Positions 31,253 to 44,351 of a stretch of DNA of 64,000 nt are shown here, one piece after another. The DNA comes from Felis catus (taxonomy: Eukaryota), in NCBI RefSeq assembly GCF_018350175.1, contig NC_058369.1:1614001-1678000 (forward strand), read 5' to 3'. Within the stretch, counting starts at the first letter, position 1, and the number at the start of each line of letters is the position of its first letter. Below the pieces are notes generated by a model that did not search any database, was not told the DNA's origin, and saw only the letters and a list, made by a program, of their open reading frames with translations. A program made the position numbers and the translations under genes.

Positions 31253-34200
31253 CCCCGACACACACCGGACCACAGGCACCCCCTCCGTCTCCCCAGCCCC
31301 ACCGTGCAGGGACCTGCCTTCCGGGACCCTATATGCCCCTTGCGTCGCCTTGGATCACAGCCCCCAGGACAGTGGACAACGCTGTCTTTACATGTATTTT
31401 TAATTTTTTTTCCGCCAGTTTATTTCTGTGAGCCCGTTGCGTGTCCCCCAGACAGGATGGTCTGACTGGGGAGATAAGGCCGTGAACAGATAGTAAACGT
31501 GGGGTCAGCAGTTAGCAGGAAATGCTTGCAGGAGTCAGAAGGGACAGTGGTCACTCATTTGCACCACAGGCCGTTGAAAGTTGAGAGCGTCACAGCCAGC
31601 TTTACTTTTCCAACGCTTATCATGTCCTTTGTGCCTATTAACTATCTTCACGACCACCTCGGTGCCACTAATTGTCCTCTTTCTCCAGAGGAGGAAGCTG
31701 GGTGCAGAGGCGGAAGTTGCTGGAAGTCCCCCGGCTACCTCGGTGGTGGAACCTGTCCTGCCTGTTGCTCTTCCATTTCACCTTGTGCCTCCGTGCAGGT
31801 CCGGTGCTGAGGCGTCCCCTGGTTCCCGGCCTCCGGAAACGCTCCAGGGAAGACCGCAGGCTCCCCAGGCCTGGCCCACGTCCACTGCCTTGGGCATCTG
31901 AGAAGCTGTCTTCCGAAAACGGAGCCTCCAGGAACCCACGGACAGTATGTTTCAAAGTGTGCTGGCCAGGAAAGCGACCAGACGTGAAGGGCACTTCCTC
32001 CCTCCCTCTGCCCCAAAGGTGGCCAGGATGAGGTTGTCGGACAGACAGGACAGCGGCAGTGTGGGGAGGAGGGTGGCTTCTGCTACTTTTTCCCAGTGGG
32101 GGCTGGGACTAAGGGCCCGGCTTGGGCTTTGTTTTGCCCGGAAGCCAGTATGCTCCGCCCATTCCCCCAGGACGGGGGGCGGTAGGCTCTGACCCCATGC
32201 TCGAGCCCAGACTGTCCTGGTCTGAGAATCTCTCCTCTCCAGAGACAGGCCCGCGTGACTTCGAGGATGGGGACCCGAGCGTTTGCCAAACTCAGAACCT
32301 CTCTCAATTCTCTTGATGTGCAGGGAACAGGTTGGAGGCAGGTAAATCACCTGGCAGTAGAAAGCGGGGCTTTTCCTGAACGTTCTTGTTTTCCTGGTCA
32401 TAGAGGAGCGGAGTGAGGAGACATCACCGAGACCCCCCACGGAAACGGAAGGAACGGGAGGGGTGTGGTCCCTGCATGAGCTCCGAGGGCTAGTGAGGGG
32501 CAGAGCCGGGATGGAGCCCCTGGACCCCGGCTGGCTGGCCCGGTCTGCACCTGACCCCGTTTGGCTTCCGTGTGGGCCTCCAGACCGGGTTCTGAGCGCG
32601 GGAAAGATTCCTCTCTCAACCTTGGGCTTGGAGTTCTTCCCAGAGTGATACATTTTGGCCAGAAAGAGTGCCACATTCTTGGGGCTGGCTCGCCAGCGAG
32701 GCCTCACGTCACTCTTTCCACTGTCAACCCTGCGCCGGGTTCCGCAGACCGGCCACACGCGTGCTGCACAAAGGGCGGAGCCTGATGCGGTCGCCCGGGG
32801 GGAGCCCCCAACCCCCATCCCCGAGCCCTTGCTGCGGCCTGGAGGCCCCTCACGTGGGGTTCCCCCTCGTGTCGCTGGATCTCTGGGGGAGGGACGCTGC
32901 CCGCCCGCGGGGGCTTCCTGGGAACCTCTAGGGCCGGCCGGGAGGGGAGGGGACCGCAGGGCCCCAGGCTTTGGGAGGAGCGAAGGCACAAGTCCCCACA
33001 GTCAGGATTGAAGTCGGCGCATGGCTTTAGCACCACAGCTCATGAACGTCCGCCTGCCGGTTCCCCAGTGCGGCTACACGCTTTCCAGTGATCACGAGTG
33101 CTCCCTGGTGGTGCTCATTCTCCTCTGGCTTGTCGGCCTGTTTCCAGGGGCCTCTCTGTAGTGGGGTCTGCCATGTACAGAGAAGAATGAATTAAACACA
33201 GAGGGTCAAGGTCCCCACGGCTGGTGGGTGTGGAGCTGTGCTGTCCACATCCCTTCAAGGAGAGACCAGTCGTCCCGGCTCCCAGTGGGGCGGGCAGCTG
33301 CCGCCCTTCTGCACCAGCGCCTTCAGGGATTGCTTGGGCTGCAGGGCCGCCCCGACCAAGGTCACAGCAACCGGCAGGCAGCCTGTGCCATGGCAGGTCA
33401 CAATGGAGGGGGAAAAACCCGCATATGGGCCCAACGAGAGAGGTGGGCGGGGCTCCGGAGCTTTCCGGGCGGCCCCCTCCTTGTCCGTCCCATACGTATT
33501 GATCCCCAAAGTCCTGTCCAGTAGGCCTCCTGAATGAGCCCGGCCGACCCGGGGTGGCGTGGCCTTCTGCAGAGCCAGGAACCGGAAGGCACGGAAAGGA
33601 AACAGTGTTAGGACCAGCCTTGCGAGTAGCCCCTGCCGGTCTACCTTCCCATATTTTGATGCTTCTGTCACGGGGCGGAGAGTTTCATCTTGGTTGTGCC
33701 CGGGGCCTCTTCACCACAAAGAACCCCCTGCGGACGGACGGTCTCAAAATGCATTTCAAAGAAGAAACACCAGAACAGGGTGAAGAAACTGTAGGAGAAA
33801 CAACACGATCGATCGATCGATCGCTATTTGCAAAGCGCTGGTGGGTCTCCGAGTCTCGAGCCCAGGCCTCCCGCTCACACCTTCTCTTGGAGTGGAGCAT
33901 AAAGGCCCAGAAGAGGCGCTGAGGTCAGTTTTGGGGATGGACGCAGATGGGGCGTCCCAGTTCCGTGTTCTCTGCCCTGCATCCACACCCCCACCCTGCA
34001 CTGCTGGGTGCTTTGTGCTCGGAAGCTCAGAGGACGACCCCAAGCACGCTGGACGGCCGCCCTGATGGGGCCGCTGTGTCTCCGGCATCTTGGAAACGCG
34101 ATCCGAGTGAAAGATTCGCCTCTTGATTTCATAAATGAAACGCAGTCAGTTGCATTTGACAGGGACACGGGGTTTTTGTTGGTTTTTGGAAGTTTACGCC

Positions 34201-37200
34201 ATCTCTCGAGCAGAGGTTTTGTGGCGTAGAACTCGAGGTCGCCGAGTGTCTCCCTGCATTTCTCGGGTGTGGGGCGGGTCACAGGTGCCCTTGTTCCTAA
34301 CAAACCATCTTCCGAGTGGGGCATGGGGTGGGGGGAGGGGGAGGAAGGGGGAGAGAGGACGTGGCCTGCACGGACCTGGGTGGGGCTTGCTGGAATGTTC
34401 CACTGTTACCATCCTGAAATTTTTCACCTTGACTAAGGGGTCCCAGAAATCATGCAGCTGGTCCCCCGAGAGGCCTCGTGACTCAGAATTTTCCAGTTGC
34501 TTCCCTCATGGGTTGAAAAGGGTGGGGTCTCTGGAGATGGTTTGTGTAGTGACCGCAATGACCACCGTTCTGAATGTGGTTACCGCCTCTGTGGGCCACT
34601 CTGACTCAGTGGTCCTCCTGGCCCGGTGGCCCCTTCTGGCTGGCTGCCGTCCCTCCAGTCCCCAGAGCCGACCGGAAACATTTTGGACTCCTTGGCATGA
34701 CCCCTAAGACCCTCTGTTTTCTGTCCTCTGTCTGCTTCTCCAGCCTTGGGTGCCACCGGCCCTCTGCCTGCCGCCCCTGCATCCTGCCCCCGGACCCCGG
34801 CTCTGGCTGCTCCCCTGAGGCGCCCCTCCCAGCTTCCCGAGCCACGGCTCTGGCCTCTCCTGCGTGTCTCCCCTGCAGCCTGGTACCCAAATGTCCCTCC
34901 TTTCTCGTCCGCAGACCCCGGTCACCGGATGTGGGGCCACCCTAACCCAGTGTCACCACCTGCGGATCCCCTATTTCCACTTAAGTGTGCATTCACAGGT
35001 ACTGGGGGTCAGGACTAGAATGCGGATTTTGGGGGGACCCAATTGAACCCAATGCACCAGCCCAGCTGGAGCCCCTGTCCAAAGCCTCTCCTGACCTTCC
35101 AACCCCCCCCCCCCCACCGCCCAGGTGGAGCCACGTCCCCTCCTTTGTGCGGCGATGACTGTTGACTTTGTGGGCCTCACTCTGTCTCTGGACCGGCAGC
35201 CGTTTGACAGGCCCGTAGTGAGTCAGTGAAGTGTGCTTGGTGGGAGTGCACGAGATATCTCTACGGTCAAATGAAACCATCCGGAAATGTCTGCTGCACC
35301 TGACTGGTGTCTTCCCCAAATTCACATCCACCTGGGACCTCACAAGGTGACCTTCTTTGGACAGAGGGTCTTTGCAGATGTAATTGGTTGGGATGCGGTT
35401 GAGTTGGGTGGGCCCTGCATCCAGCGACTGGTGTCCCTACAAGAAGAGAAGGGACACAGAGACACGGAGGGGGCCTGGTGACGATGGGCGGAGATGGGAG
35501 ACCACGCTCCCAGCCGAGGGACGTCGGGAGCCACTGAGGGGGCGGGAAGCACATCGGAACACGAGCGCGAAAGTGCCCGTTGTTTGGAGCCACCCAGCTG
35601 GTGGTCCTTCGCCACAGCAGCCCCTGCACCCCCCCCCCCCGGGTGAGGCGCCCGTGATGGTGGCAGCAGGTGCGGGACCCCCCGCCCCGAGCATGTGCAG
35701 GTCAGGAAAGCCACCAGGCCTTCCCCGTGTGCGTGGGTCAGGACGCATGGCTCCATTCTTGAAGTGCCTTACTCTGCTCCGAGACCTGGGGGTGGAGATC
35801 ACAGTGTGCGGGGGGGGGGGGGGAGGAGTTGGGGGGCTCCCACCTCGGGGTCTCCTGGCACCGCTGGTGTGGGGTCTGCCCTCCTAGCCAGGGCTCAGGT
35901 ACGGCGTCTGGCCCTCCTTCCTCCTTTCTGGAGGCATGATGCCCAGCGGGCCCCTGGATTGGGGAGACCAGGCCTGCCGGATTCAGGCGCAGGATGCCGG
36001 CCTGTGCACTGCACCAGTGTGGTCCACGGTTACCGCTCAGGCTCACTCTTGGTGGCGGGCATTCTGCGGGGTTTGCTGAACGTATAATGCTGCGTCTCCA
36101 TGGTGACTGCGTCCTGCAGAACAGTGTCGGTGCCCTAAAAATCTCCCCCAAATGCTCATCTGTTCACTCTCCCCGCTCTCCCCCAGCCGTGATCTTTGTA
36201 CGGTTTCCGTATCATGGCTCTTCCAGAATGTCACAGCGTGGGGCCTTCTCAGATTGGCCTCCTTCACATAGTCCCTGCCTTTGCCGGCCTCCCAAGGCGC
36301 CACGTGTGAGGCCCTTGTGGGGACACTGGGCCCCCGGGTCACCCCTATCTCTAGATGGTCAGCTCCACGTCTCTGCGGGATTCCTCTTGCCCCACGTAAG
36401 GCGACGTAGCCCCAGGTTCTGGAGATCAGGATGTGGACGTCTTTGGGGGTCATTCTCCCGACCACGCAGGCCGTGCCCAGGCTCGCCTGTTCCAGAACGT
36501 TCTCTATCCGTGGACTCTACTGGCCATGCTCTTGTCTATTTCGGGCTTACTGAGAGGCAGCTAGGTTCCTGCACTTGGTAGTGGCCGACCCCTGATCCTG
36601 CGGAGTGGGACTCTGGGGCAGGCACGGATTCCAGTCTGTTCATCCATCCACCTGTTGCTGAATGCCTGGGATAGTTTCAGTTTCTGACCATTGGGACAAA
36701 AGCTGCTCTGGACGTTCCTCCCAGCACCTTCTGTGGACACACGTTTCGGTCTCTTGGGTGAAGGCGCGTGAGCAGAGTGCCAGGCGCTACAGCAGGTACG
36801 TGCTTAGCTCCACACGGGCCGTGCTGCACGACCCGGCCAACCGAGTCCTACATTGTAGCCATTCGGGGGGGTGTTCGGCAAGGTTGTGAGTTTTTCCCTT
36901 TTTGTGGTGAAGTTCACGACGTGAAGTTTACCGTTTTAACATTCTAAGTACATTGACCTCAAGCACATGCACGCTGTGGTGCAGCCGCCCCCACCACCTG
37001 TCTCCAGAACTTTCCATCTCCCCAGACTGAAACCCTGTTCCCATGAAGCACTGACTCCCCAGCCCTGGCTCCCACCATCTACTCTCTGTCTCTGTGGACA
37101 GGACTCCTCTGGGGACCCCCTGTGCGTGGGGTCACGCGGGATGTGTCCTTCTGTGTCTGGCTCCTGTCACTGCACACCGTGACCTCCAAGTCCGTCCACG

Positions 37201-37444
37201 TGGTGGCAGGTGGCAGGACGTCCTTCCTTCCTGAGGCTGGGTCACATTCCGGCGTGTGGATGGACCACATCGTGTTTATCCTTCATCCGCTAAGGGACCC
37301 TGGCGGCTGCTGTTGGCACACCCAGACGTGGGCTGTTGCATAAGGTCCTAATTCTCCATTTGAGTTTTTGAATTGACGTCTAATCTTACGCTTTTTGATA
37401 CGAAGTGGGTAATTTCAGAGGCATAGCCCAGTGGCAGGGTACTT

Positions 37445-40400
37445 GACTGCAAAGTAGACCATGTTTATGTAGTGGAATCTATAAATGTCTTACACAAAGT
37501 CCTCTGCTCGGGGGTCGGAATCTCTCATTTACAGATTTGTTACCAAAAATCGAACTCTCCACTGTCTGGTCTGAATTGGGACCGTGACTCACTTGGCCTG
37601 TCCCCTGGGCTCCCCGGTGGCCCCTGGTGCCTGGACACAGGGGACAACAGGCCCGGAGCACTCCAAGCCCTCAGCAGAGTGACGCGCCCTCCTACAGGCC
37701 ACGCTGGACGGAAACAATCTCGAACCGCGGGGCACAGGGCTAGCGGTCCTCGAACTTCGCTCCTCGAGGTTTTCTAACAACAGGCTGGAAAGCCTGTCGA
37801 AGCTGACAGCTGTTCTCTGGGGCCGCCTGAGGCCACGCTCCATCTGGGGTACCCGCCCAGCAGCCAGGGGAGGGGACCAGCCTGTCCTGCCCCGACCCCC
37901 ACCCCCAGCAGGCAGGGGGCATGGACAGAAGGACCAGTGAGCCTTTGCACTGGGGATCGGTTCACTCTGTATGAACAATTCCACACAATATTAAAACACT
38001 GCAAAGTGGGTGTAGACACCTGGAAATTTTTTTAAAATCAGAAATAAAAGCCACTGAACATCCAAACGGAGACGGGGTAGAACCTGCTAGAACCACAGAT
38101 GGCTTCTGCGGACCGGAACCGGTCTGTACAATGTTTGGCCATGGTTAGGGCTTCTTTTCCAGAGACTCCGTGGCAGGCTGGCTTTTTCTAAGTGTTCTTG
38201 AAGGACGAGCAACCCTCGGTGGCCTCCCCTGGGCCTGGAAGTTGCTCCTGGTCACTCGCCCTCGGGTGGGCTGGTGGCCTTTTCCTGCCCCCAGAGCTCG
38301 GTGGGGCTGGGGCCCCACAGACACGGATGAGCTGCCTGGAGGTCCAGCGCCCGGACATGGAGGGGGTCAGCCAGGGTCACAGGAAGAAGGACCGCACATC
38401 CCTGGGGGCCAGAGGTCACCACCACCCAGTCACTTAATTCTTGGCCTGGGGGACCGCTGTGGGGAGGAGTGTGCCTTCTAGCTCCTTCTGGAGTGGGGGA
38501 GGGGAGGGGAGGGAAGGGGCCCCAGCTGTCAGCCCCGGGGGACACCCAGGCAGGCTAAAGAAAGGGAAACCCTGTGTCTCCTGCCACTGTTTATTTTGGG
38601 GGGCGGCGTGCCCTTAATGCCCCCTCTTGATGTGGCTGAAATGCGGGCTGCCACCCGCCAGCTCCCGCAGAGCCCTGCACACGTGTTCATGCAGGACACT
38701 GGCCTGGGAAGCACGGGCCCTCCAGTTCTACACTACAGACACGGAGATTTACTTGAGAAGGCAAAAGGAAGGGTTTTTCTCACTCAGAAAGACACCCGTG
38801 GTGGGGCTCCTGTGACAGCCACCTCCCTGGGCCGAGGCTGGGGCTCCTGGGGCAGGATGGGGGCGGGGAGTACGGCCCATCCTCACCCTCTCTGGGCCTA
38901 GTTTACTCAGACCCCTCAGCCCCGGGGGGGCTCTGACCTAGGTTCACTTCAGGGCTGGGGGGGGGGGGCGCTGTGGCTGCCGGACTCGGTTCAACCTCTC
39001 GGCCCTCAGCCGGGCTCCTGGGTTTCACCTCGCCTCCCCTCCCGCTGGCCTCTCTGGGGGGCCGCTGGGGTGGGGCCCCACGGCCAGAGCATTAGACCAG
39101 GACAGTGGGGACGCAGGGGAAGGTTGGGGCTCAGGGATTAAGGCTTCTTGCACAGAAGTGGCCTGGACAGGCCTCACCCTGCCAGCCGCCCCCACCCCCA
39201 GTCTCTGGGTAGATCCTGCTGCGCCCCGGCCTCCCCGGTGGGGAACGGGTTTTGTTCCCTCTTGCTGCTCTGTGGGGGACAGTGAGAGGCTGGCTCCCTG
39301 CCCAATGAAAGGCGGCCAAGGCTTCCCCATCCAACCGCAGGTTTGGAGAGGCTGGGCTCCCCAAAGCCCCTGGTGCTCCCGGACCGGCCGGAGAGAGCTG
39401 GGAGCCGGGGAGCGAGGCCAGGCCTACAGCCCGCACACCAGGGGGGAGTCACCCGCCAGCCCGTGCACACATCCTCCGTCCCCCTGAGCGTAGCGTTGGT
39501 GGGATTTGGGCCTTGGCACTAGCAGGGGGCTCGAGTGGGGGCAGGAGCATGGAGGTCCGCACGAGGCCCTGGGGTGAGGCCTGTCCTGGTGCGGGGCGGG
39601 GGGGTGGGGGTGTGGGGACGGGTGTGCCTTGTGCCCTCCGTGTACCTCCGGCTCCTTCCACTGCCCGGGTCGTACCAGAGGCCAAGGGACTAAAGACGAA
39701 CCACTGCAGGGAAGGGAAGGGCGAGGAGTCACACGGGTGAGGCCCTGTGGCTCCTTCTGGTCACCTAACACCTTTTGGCCCCCCAGGAAGGGCCTCCTCT
39801 GGCTGCATTCCTCTTTGCAAAATGGCCGTAGCGATGCACTAAAGTGGAAAAAAACACAACACGACACAACAACCCGGAAGAGCCAGGTGTGACCACGGCC
39901 CACGTCGACGTTTCGTGCTCAACACCGGACGGAACGCCGCCGGCCATTCCGGTGAGCGGGACAAGTTGCGGAGAATCCCTTTGTGGGATGGGTGGGGTCC
40001 CAGGAAAGGGCGGGGGGCCACGGCCTGGCTGTTGGGTGGTGCATGCCGTACAGAGGCCGCACACATGCCACGCAGCAGGGCGACACTTGGCCGCACGGGG
40101 TGCACGTCACAGACAAAGCCCCCTTCCCGGCCCCTAAATTCCCTGGGTGCATTTTAAACAACCGTCAGCTGCAGGCTCAGCCCCCCAGCTCTGGGCCCAG
40201 CGCTGCGGAATAACAACCGCTTAACTGAAAAGGAGACCAGTTTCCAAAGAGGTTTCCCATGACCCGCCCCCCACCACCCAATTTTCCTCTGCTTAGGAGA
40301 AAAAGAACACGGCAGCAGGGACCTGGCCAAGTGTTTCACAAACGGCCCAGCGGGTGAGACTGGCCACCCGCCGGGGCGCCAGGGGGCCAGCGGCCAGTCC

Positions 40401-40697
40401 TTCTTCCCTTCTCGCGCCGCGGCCGGGCTCTGGACCGCAGCCCCCCGGCAACCCAGAGTTTCCGAAAATTGTTACCACGTCACTCGGGATCTCTGTTACT
40501 CCTGATGGGAAGCGGCCGCGGCCCCAGCGTCATCTTCTGGCCGGGCCGGGAGAGGAGTTTACCCCATCCGTGGAGGCAGCGGCTCGCGTTCCTTCCGGAA
40601 CCGGAGGTTTGGGGACATGAGAGGTGTTGCCGGAGTGCGTGGTGCAGACGCCCTAGCGGAGCGAGAGACACAGGCAGGGACACACGGAGGGACAACG
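37445..40697 (-). other. GNG7: GNG7 long 3'UTR (3' end uncertain)
   Basis: Apparently repeat-free stretch with AU-rich blocks downstream of the stop codon. Candidate signals on the - strand are AATAAA at 38595-38590 and CATAAA at 37469-37464. Repeats resume below about 37300. Confidence 0.45.
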
Positions 40698-40823
40698 CTA
40701 CAGAATAATACAGGGCTTCTTGTCCTTAAAGGGGTTCTCGGACGCGGGGACTCCGACCAGCAGGGGGTCATTCCGGGCGTGCTGCTCGCAGTAGCTCATG
40801 AGTTCCGATGAGGCTTTGGACAC
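40698..40823 (-). CDS. GNG7: GNG7 last coding exon ([41 protein letters not shown])
   Basis: Manual translation of the - strand: acceptor cacag|GTG at 40824, DPLL and NPF motifs of G-gamma subunits, CaaX CIIL, TAG at 40700-40698. Total length is 27+41 = 68 aa. Confidence 0.96.
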   Translation of the reverse strand: MSKASSELMSYCEQHARNDPLLVGVPASENPFKDKKPCIIL

Positions 40824-42611
40824 CTGTGCGTGGGCACAAGGACGGGAGAGGAGAGGTCAGGCGGGCGGCCATGGCCACGTCCACTGCCAACATGGCGGGA
40901 ACAACCCAGGAGCACCCCCGCAGGTGAGCGGATACACACAGTGTCCACCGCGCACGCGCACAACACTCAGCCGCGAGCAGGAGCGAGAGGCCCCACGCCT
41001 GCCGCCCCGCGTTCGGACCCCGAACACACGACGCTCAGGGGGGGACCCAGACACAAGAGGCCACACGGGGTGTGAGTCCACGTGTGTGAAATGTCCAGAA
41101 CGGGCTCATCCCGGGACAGGAAGGGGGCTGGTGGGGGGGGGCCAGGCGCTGGGGGAGGGGTGACAGCTGATGAGGCCCGGGTTACTTTTTGGTGTGATGG
41201 AATGTTCTGGAACTAGACAAAGGTGGTGGTTGCACAACTCTGCGTGTGTGTGATCACTAATGGTAGGTTTTAAGTTATGTGTGTTCTACCACGATTTAAA
41301 AAAGATTAAAGAAGGGACTGGGTCCCTCAGCAGGAGCTGCCCAGATTTTGGACAGAAGGTCAGGGAGAGACAGAGCCCTCTTTAGGATTTAGTCCAAGGT
41401 CCACCCCTCCCCCCCCCACCCCTGCCCCAGTCCGGGCGGCTCTGGAAGAGCCTGTCCACATCGGAGGGGCCACCACACAGTCCCTTCCACGTTGTGTCTC
41501 TGGCAGCCCGAGCTGGCCAGGGCCCAGGGATCTGGGGGGCTGGTGGGGTCACAGCAGAGGGTGCCACCCCACTCTGCTCACCCGGGCAGGGCTGGGGGCT
41601 GGGTGCTGGGTGAAGGGGTCCTGGTCTCCTCTGTGCTGGAGGAACAGCCAGCACGGTTCGGCCCCCTGCCTTCCCACCTGCAAGGTGACAAAGGAGCAGC
41701 CATGTGGGTGTGAGCGGGCGAGACTAGGCAGGGGTGAGGGAGGCTTTGAGAACTCCCCCCAGGTCTGCCACCGGGGTGGCGCCTCTGCACCCTGGACCCT
41801 GCACCCCACAAGCCAAGGACGCCCGACCTTGTCCCCTGTGCTGCCAGGTCTCCAGGCCGGCCTCTGGGTTCACCGCGGGGACACTGCTACCCACATGCGG
41901 TGACAATTGCCACTGTCCTGAGCATGCTGGCCACTCCCAGGCCTGCCTCGGATGAGCCACAGGAGCTTGGTTTCTAGAGTTGTATTTGGAAAGCAACTCT
42001 CGGAAACAACTAGAATAGCCTCCGGACCCTGGAAATAACTGATGTTGTGGCTCCGGCATGTGGCCCCCGCTGACACCCTGGCATCCACAGGAAGGCTCTG
42101 CCCTGAGTGCCGGGGCCGCCCCCATGCCCGCCACGCTGCCACTTGCCAGGCGCTGGCTCCCCCGGCCTTTCAGGCGTACCGACGTTCAAGGTTCTGGCCA
42201 CAGATTTGGGGGTGCACAGCCTCAGGCAGGACGGGTAGGAGGGGATGGGGGGGCTTGGGGGGGAGGAGTGGCCCTGCCCAACATCAAACAGGCTGGTGAA
42301 TCACGCTCTCCGTCAGGGCTGTGGCCGCACCGGCTCACCAGAGGGAAGCCGCTTTGACTGAGGCTTTCTCTTTTTCCAGCCCGAATGAATCCTTTGAATG
42401 CTCAGGGTTCTGGAACATTCAGACAGACACGTCGGGGGAGCCCCCCCCCCAAACCTGGGGGGCTGGAGCAGCCCTGCCTTTCCACCTGGCACTGCTGTGC
42501 ATGTCCTTCCACTGAGGGATGTCAGTCAGGCGTGAGTCTGCGGGAGCCCATCTGCCGCCCGAGACCAGGGAATGGCGGGTGCTCAGAAAATCAAAGTCTG
42601 AAGAGATCCGT

Positions 42612-42985
42612 GGGGTTGATGTTTGATTTTGTATGTCCACTTGGCCAGGCCACGGTATCCAAGTACTTGGCCAAACACCAGTCTAGATGTCACTGGGAAG
42701 GTCATTTTAATCTGAGATTAACGTTTAAATTGGCTGACTCTGAGTAGAGCATATGACCCTCTAAATGTGGGTGGGCCACATGCAATCAGTTGAAGGCCTT
42801 CGGAGACCAGGAATTCTGCCTCCCGGCAGCCTTGGGGACTCGAGCTGCAGCATCAGCTCTGCCCTGAGTCTCCAGTCTGCCCTGTGGATTCGCCAGCCTC
42901 CACGGTTCTGTGAGCCAATTCCTGAATACCTTTCGTTCCCTCTATACACATCCTGTTGGCTCTGTTTCTCTGGACAGCCCTGACT
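42612..42985 (+). mobile_element. MLT2 (ERVL) LTR
   Basis: gattttgtatgtccacttggccaggcc...aatgtgggtgggccacatgcaatcagttgaaggcct...tctgtttctctggacagccctgact. Confidence 0.75.
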
Positions 42986-44270
42986 GATCCAGGGAGCGGC
43001 TGAAGCAGGGCCGCTGCAGACACGGGAACCACCCGGGTCTTCTACGGGGAGACTTCCGGCCACTCACTAGCTGGGGCCTGGGGCACGAGACCATGATTGG
43101 AGGTGCCTCGACCTCCTTTGCAAAGGCATGGGTTTGATGAGCAGGTGACTTTGAAAAGAATCAGTCACCTTTTTCATGGAAGAGGCCACGACTGCATGGC
43201 TGGCCCCTGCCATGTTTATGGGAGAAATCCGTGAGCCCTGGATGTCGCCCTGATGTCCCCTTGTGGACTTAAAATTCACCTATATTAAACACAACGTGTC
43301 CACCGCGCACGCGCACGTCCGCAGCCTCAAGCCGGAGCGAAGCGCCCACCCCCGCCGCCCCGTGGACCGACCCTGAACACACGACGCGCAGGGAGGGAAC
43401 CAGACACGAGAGGCCACACGGGGTGTGAGTCCGTGTGTGTGAAACGTCCAGAACAGGGTCATCCACGGATGGGAAGGGGGCTCGTGGGGGCCGGGGGCTG
43501 GGGGCTGGGGAAGGGGTAGAGGTAACAGCTGGCGGGGACAGGATTTCCCTTTGGGCTGCTAGAATGTTCTGCAATGATGCTTGCACAACTCTGTGAATGT
43601 ACGAAAAGCTACCAAACTGTCAGTGCCCTTTAAAAGAAACAGTTAACTTCATGTTATGCAAATTATTAGGAAAAAGAACAGGTCTGTCTGAGGAGCTACT
43701 TCGTTTCGGGTCTCTGGTCCCTGATGGGTTAAGTGTCTGTGCACAGGAACTACTTGTCCCTTTTCTTTTTTTAGTATAAGAAACAAACACGCTTATTTCA
43801 AAAAAATTCAAACGAGGCATAAGTGAAGAACGTAGACGGCCGAGGGCCCTGGGTCCTGCCGTCTCTGGACCACGTCTCTACCTTCTGTCTGTGTCTGTTG
43901 CACCAGGGAACCAGACAGAGTCCATGGGCAAGTGCCTGCCTCAAGCTGGAGGCCTAGGGCTCTCGGGGGCAGGGGGTGGGGTGGGGTGGGGAAGGGCCCT
44001 GAGGGCTGGGGGCGGGCTCAGCCCTGCCTCTGGTCTCACGGCCCTGACAAAGCTCTGCGGCACATGGGATGCCCGCAACAGCCCGTGACACAGGTTCTGT
44101 GTCAGCTGTGTCTTCCCATTGAGGAATCTGGGGCTCAGAGAGGTTAGTGAGTGGCCCAAGCTCACACAGCAAGGGGCACAGTTGGAAGAAAGCCCCCCCT
44201 CCCGAACCGGGCCTCCTTGCAGGGTCTCCTCCCTTCTCGGCCCCTCTGCCCACCCGCCTGCCAGGCTCAC

Positions 44271-44351
44271 CTTGATGCGCTCGATCCCGGCTTCGATGCG
44301 GAGCTGTTCCACCAGCTTCCGGGCCTGGGCTATGTTGTTAGTGGCTGACAT
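44271..44351 (-). CDS. GNG7: GNG7 first coding exon ([27 protein letters not shown]); the exon including its 5'UTR part spans about 44271-44389
   Basis: ATG at 44351 on the - strand, with a G-protein gamma-7 N-terminus. Donor AAG|gtgag at 44270. Acceptor cctgcag| ends at 44390. Confidence 0.96.

Noticed and set aside
30146..31465. 439-aa ORF, the longest in the track
   Set aside because: It has a non-ATG start and Pro/Thr low complexity, runs through a degenerate repeat and a (CT)n(CA)n microsatellite, and shows no recognisable domain.
31952..32989. 345-aa - strand ORF
   Set aside because: No recognisable homology or supporting exon structure; it lies in GC-rich sequence.
33600..33670. DRSIKIWE, a WD40-like peptide on the - strand
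   Set aside because: It is an isolated 8-aa match preceded by an in-frame stop, with no flanking WD40 pattern or convincing splice sites.
43941..44270. Extension of the GNG7 ORF to 136 aa
   Set aside because: This is read-through past the AAG|gtgag donor; the true C-terminus is in the exon at 40823-40698.
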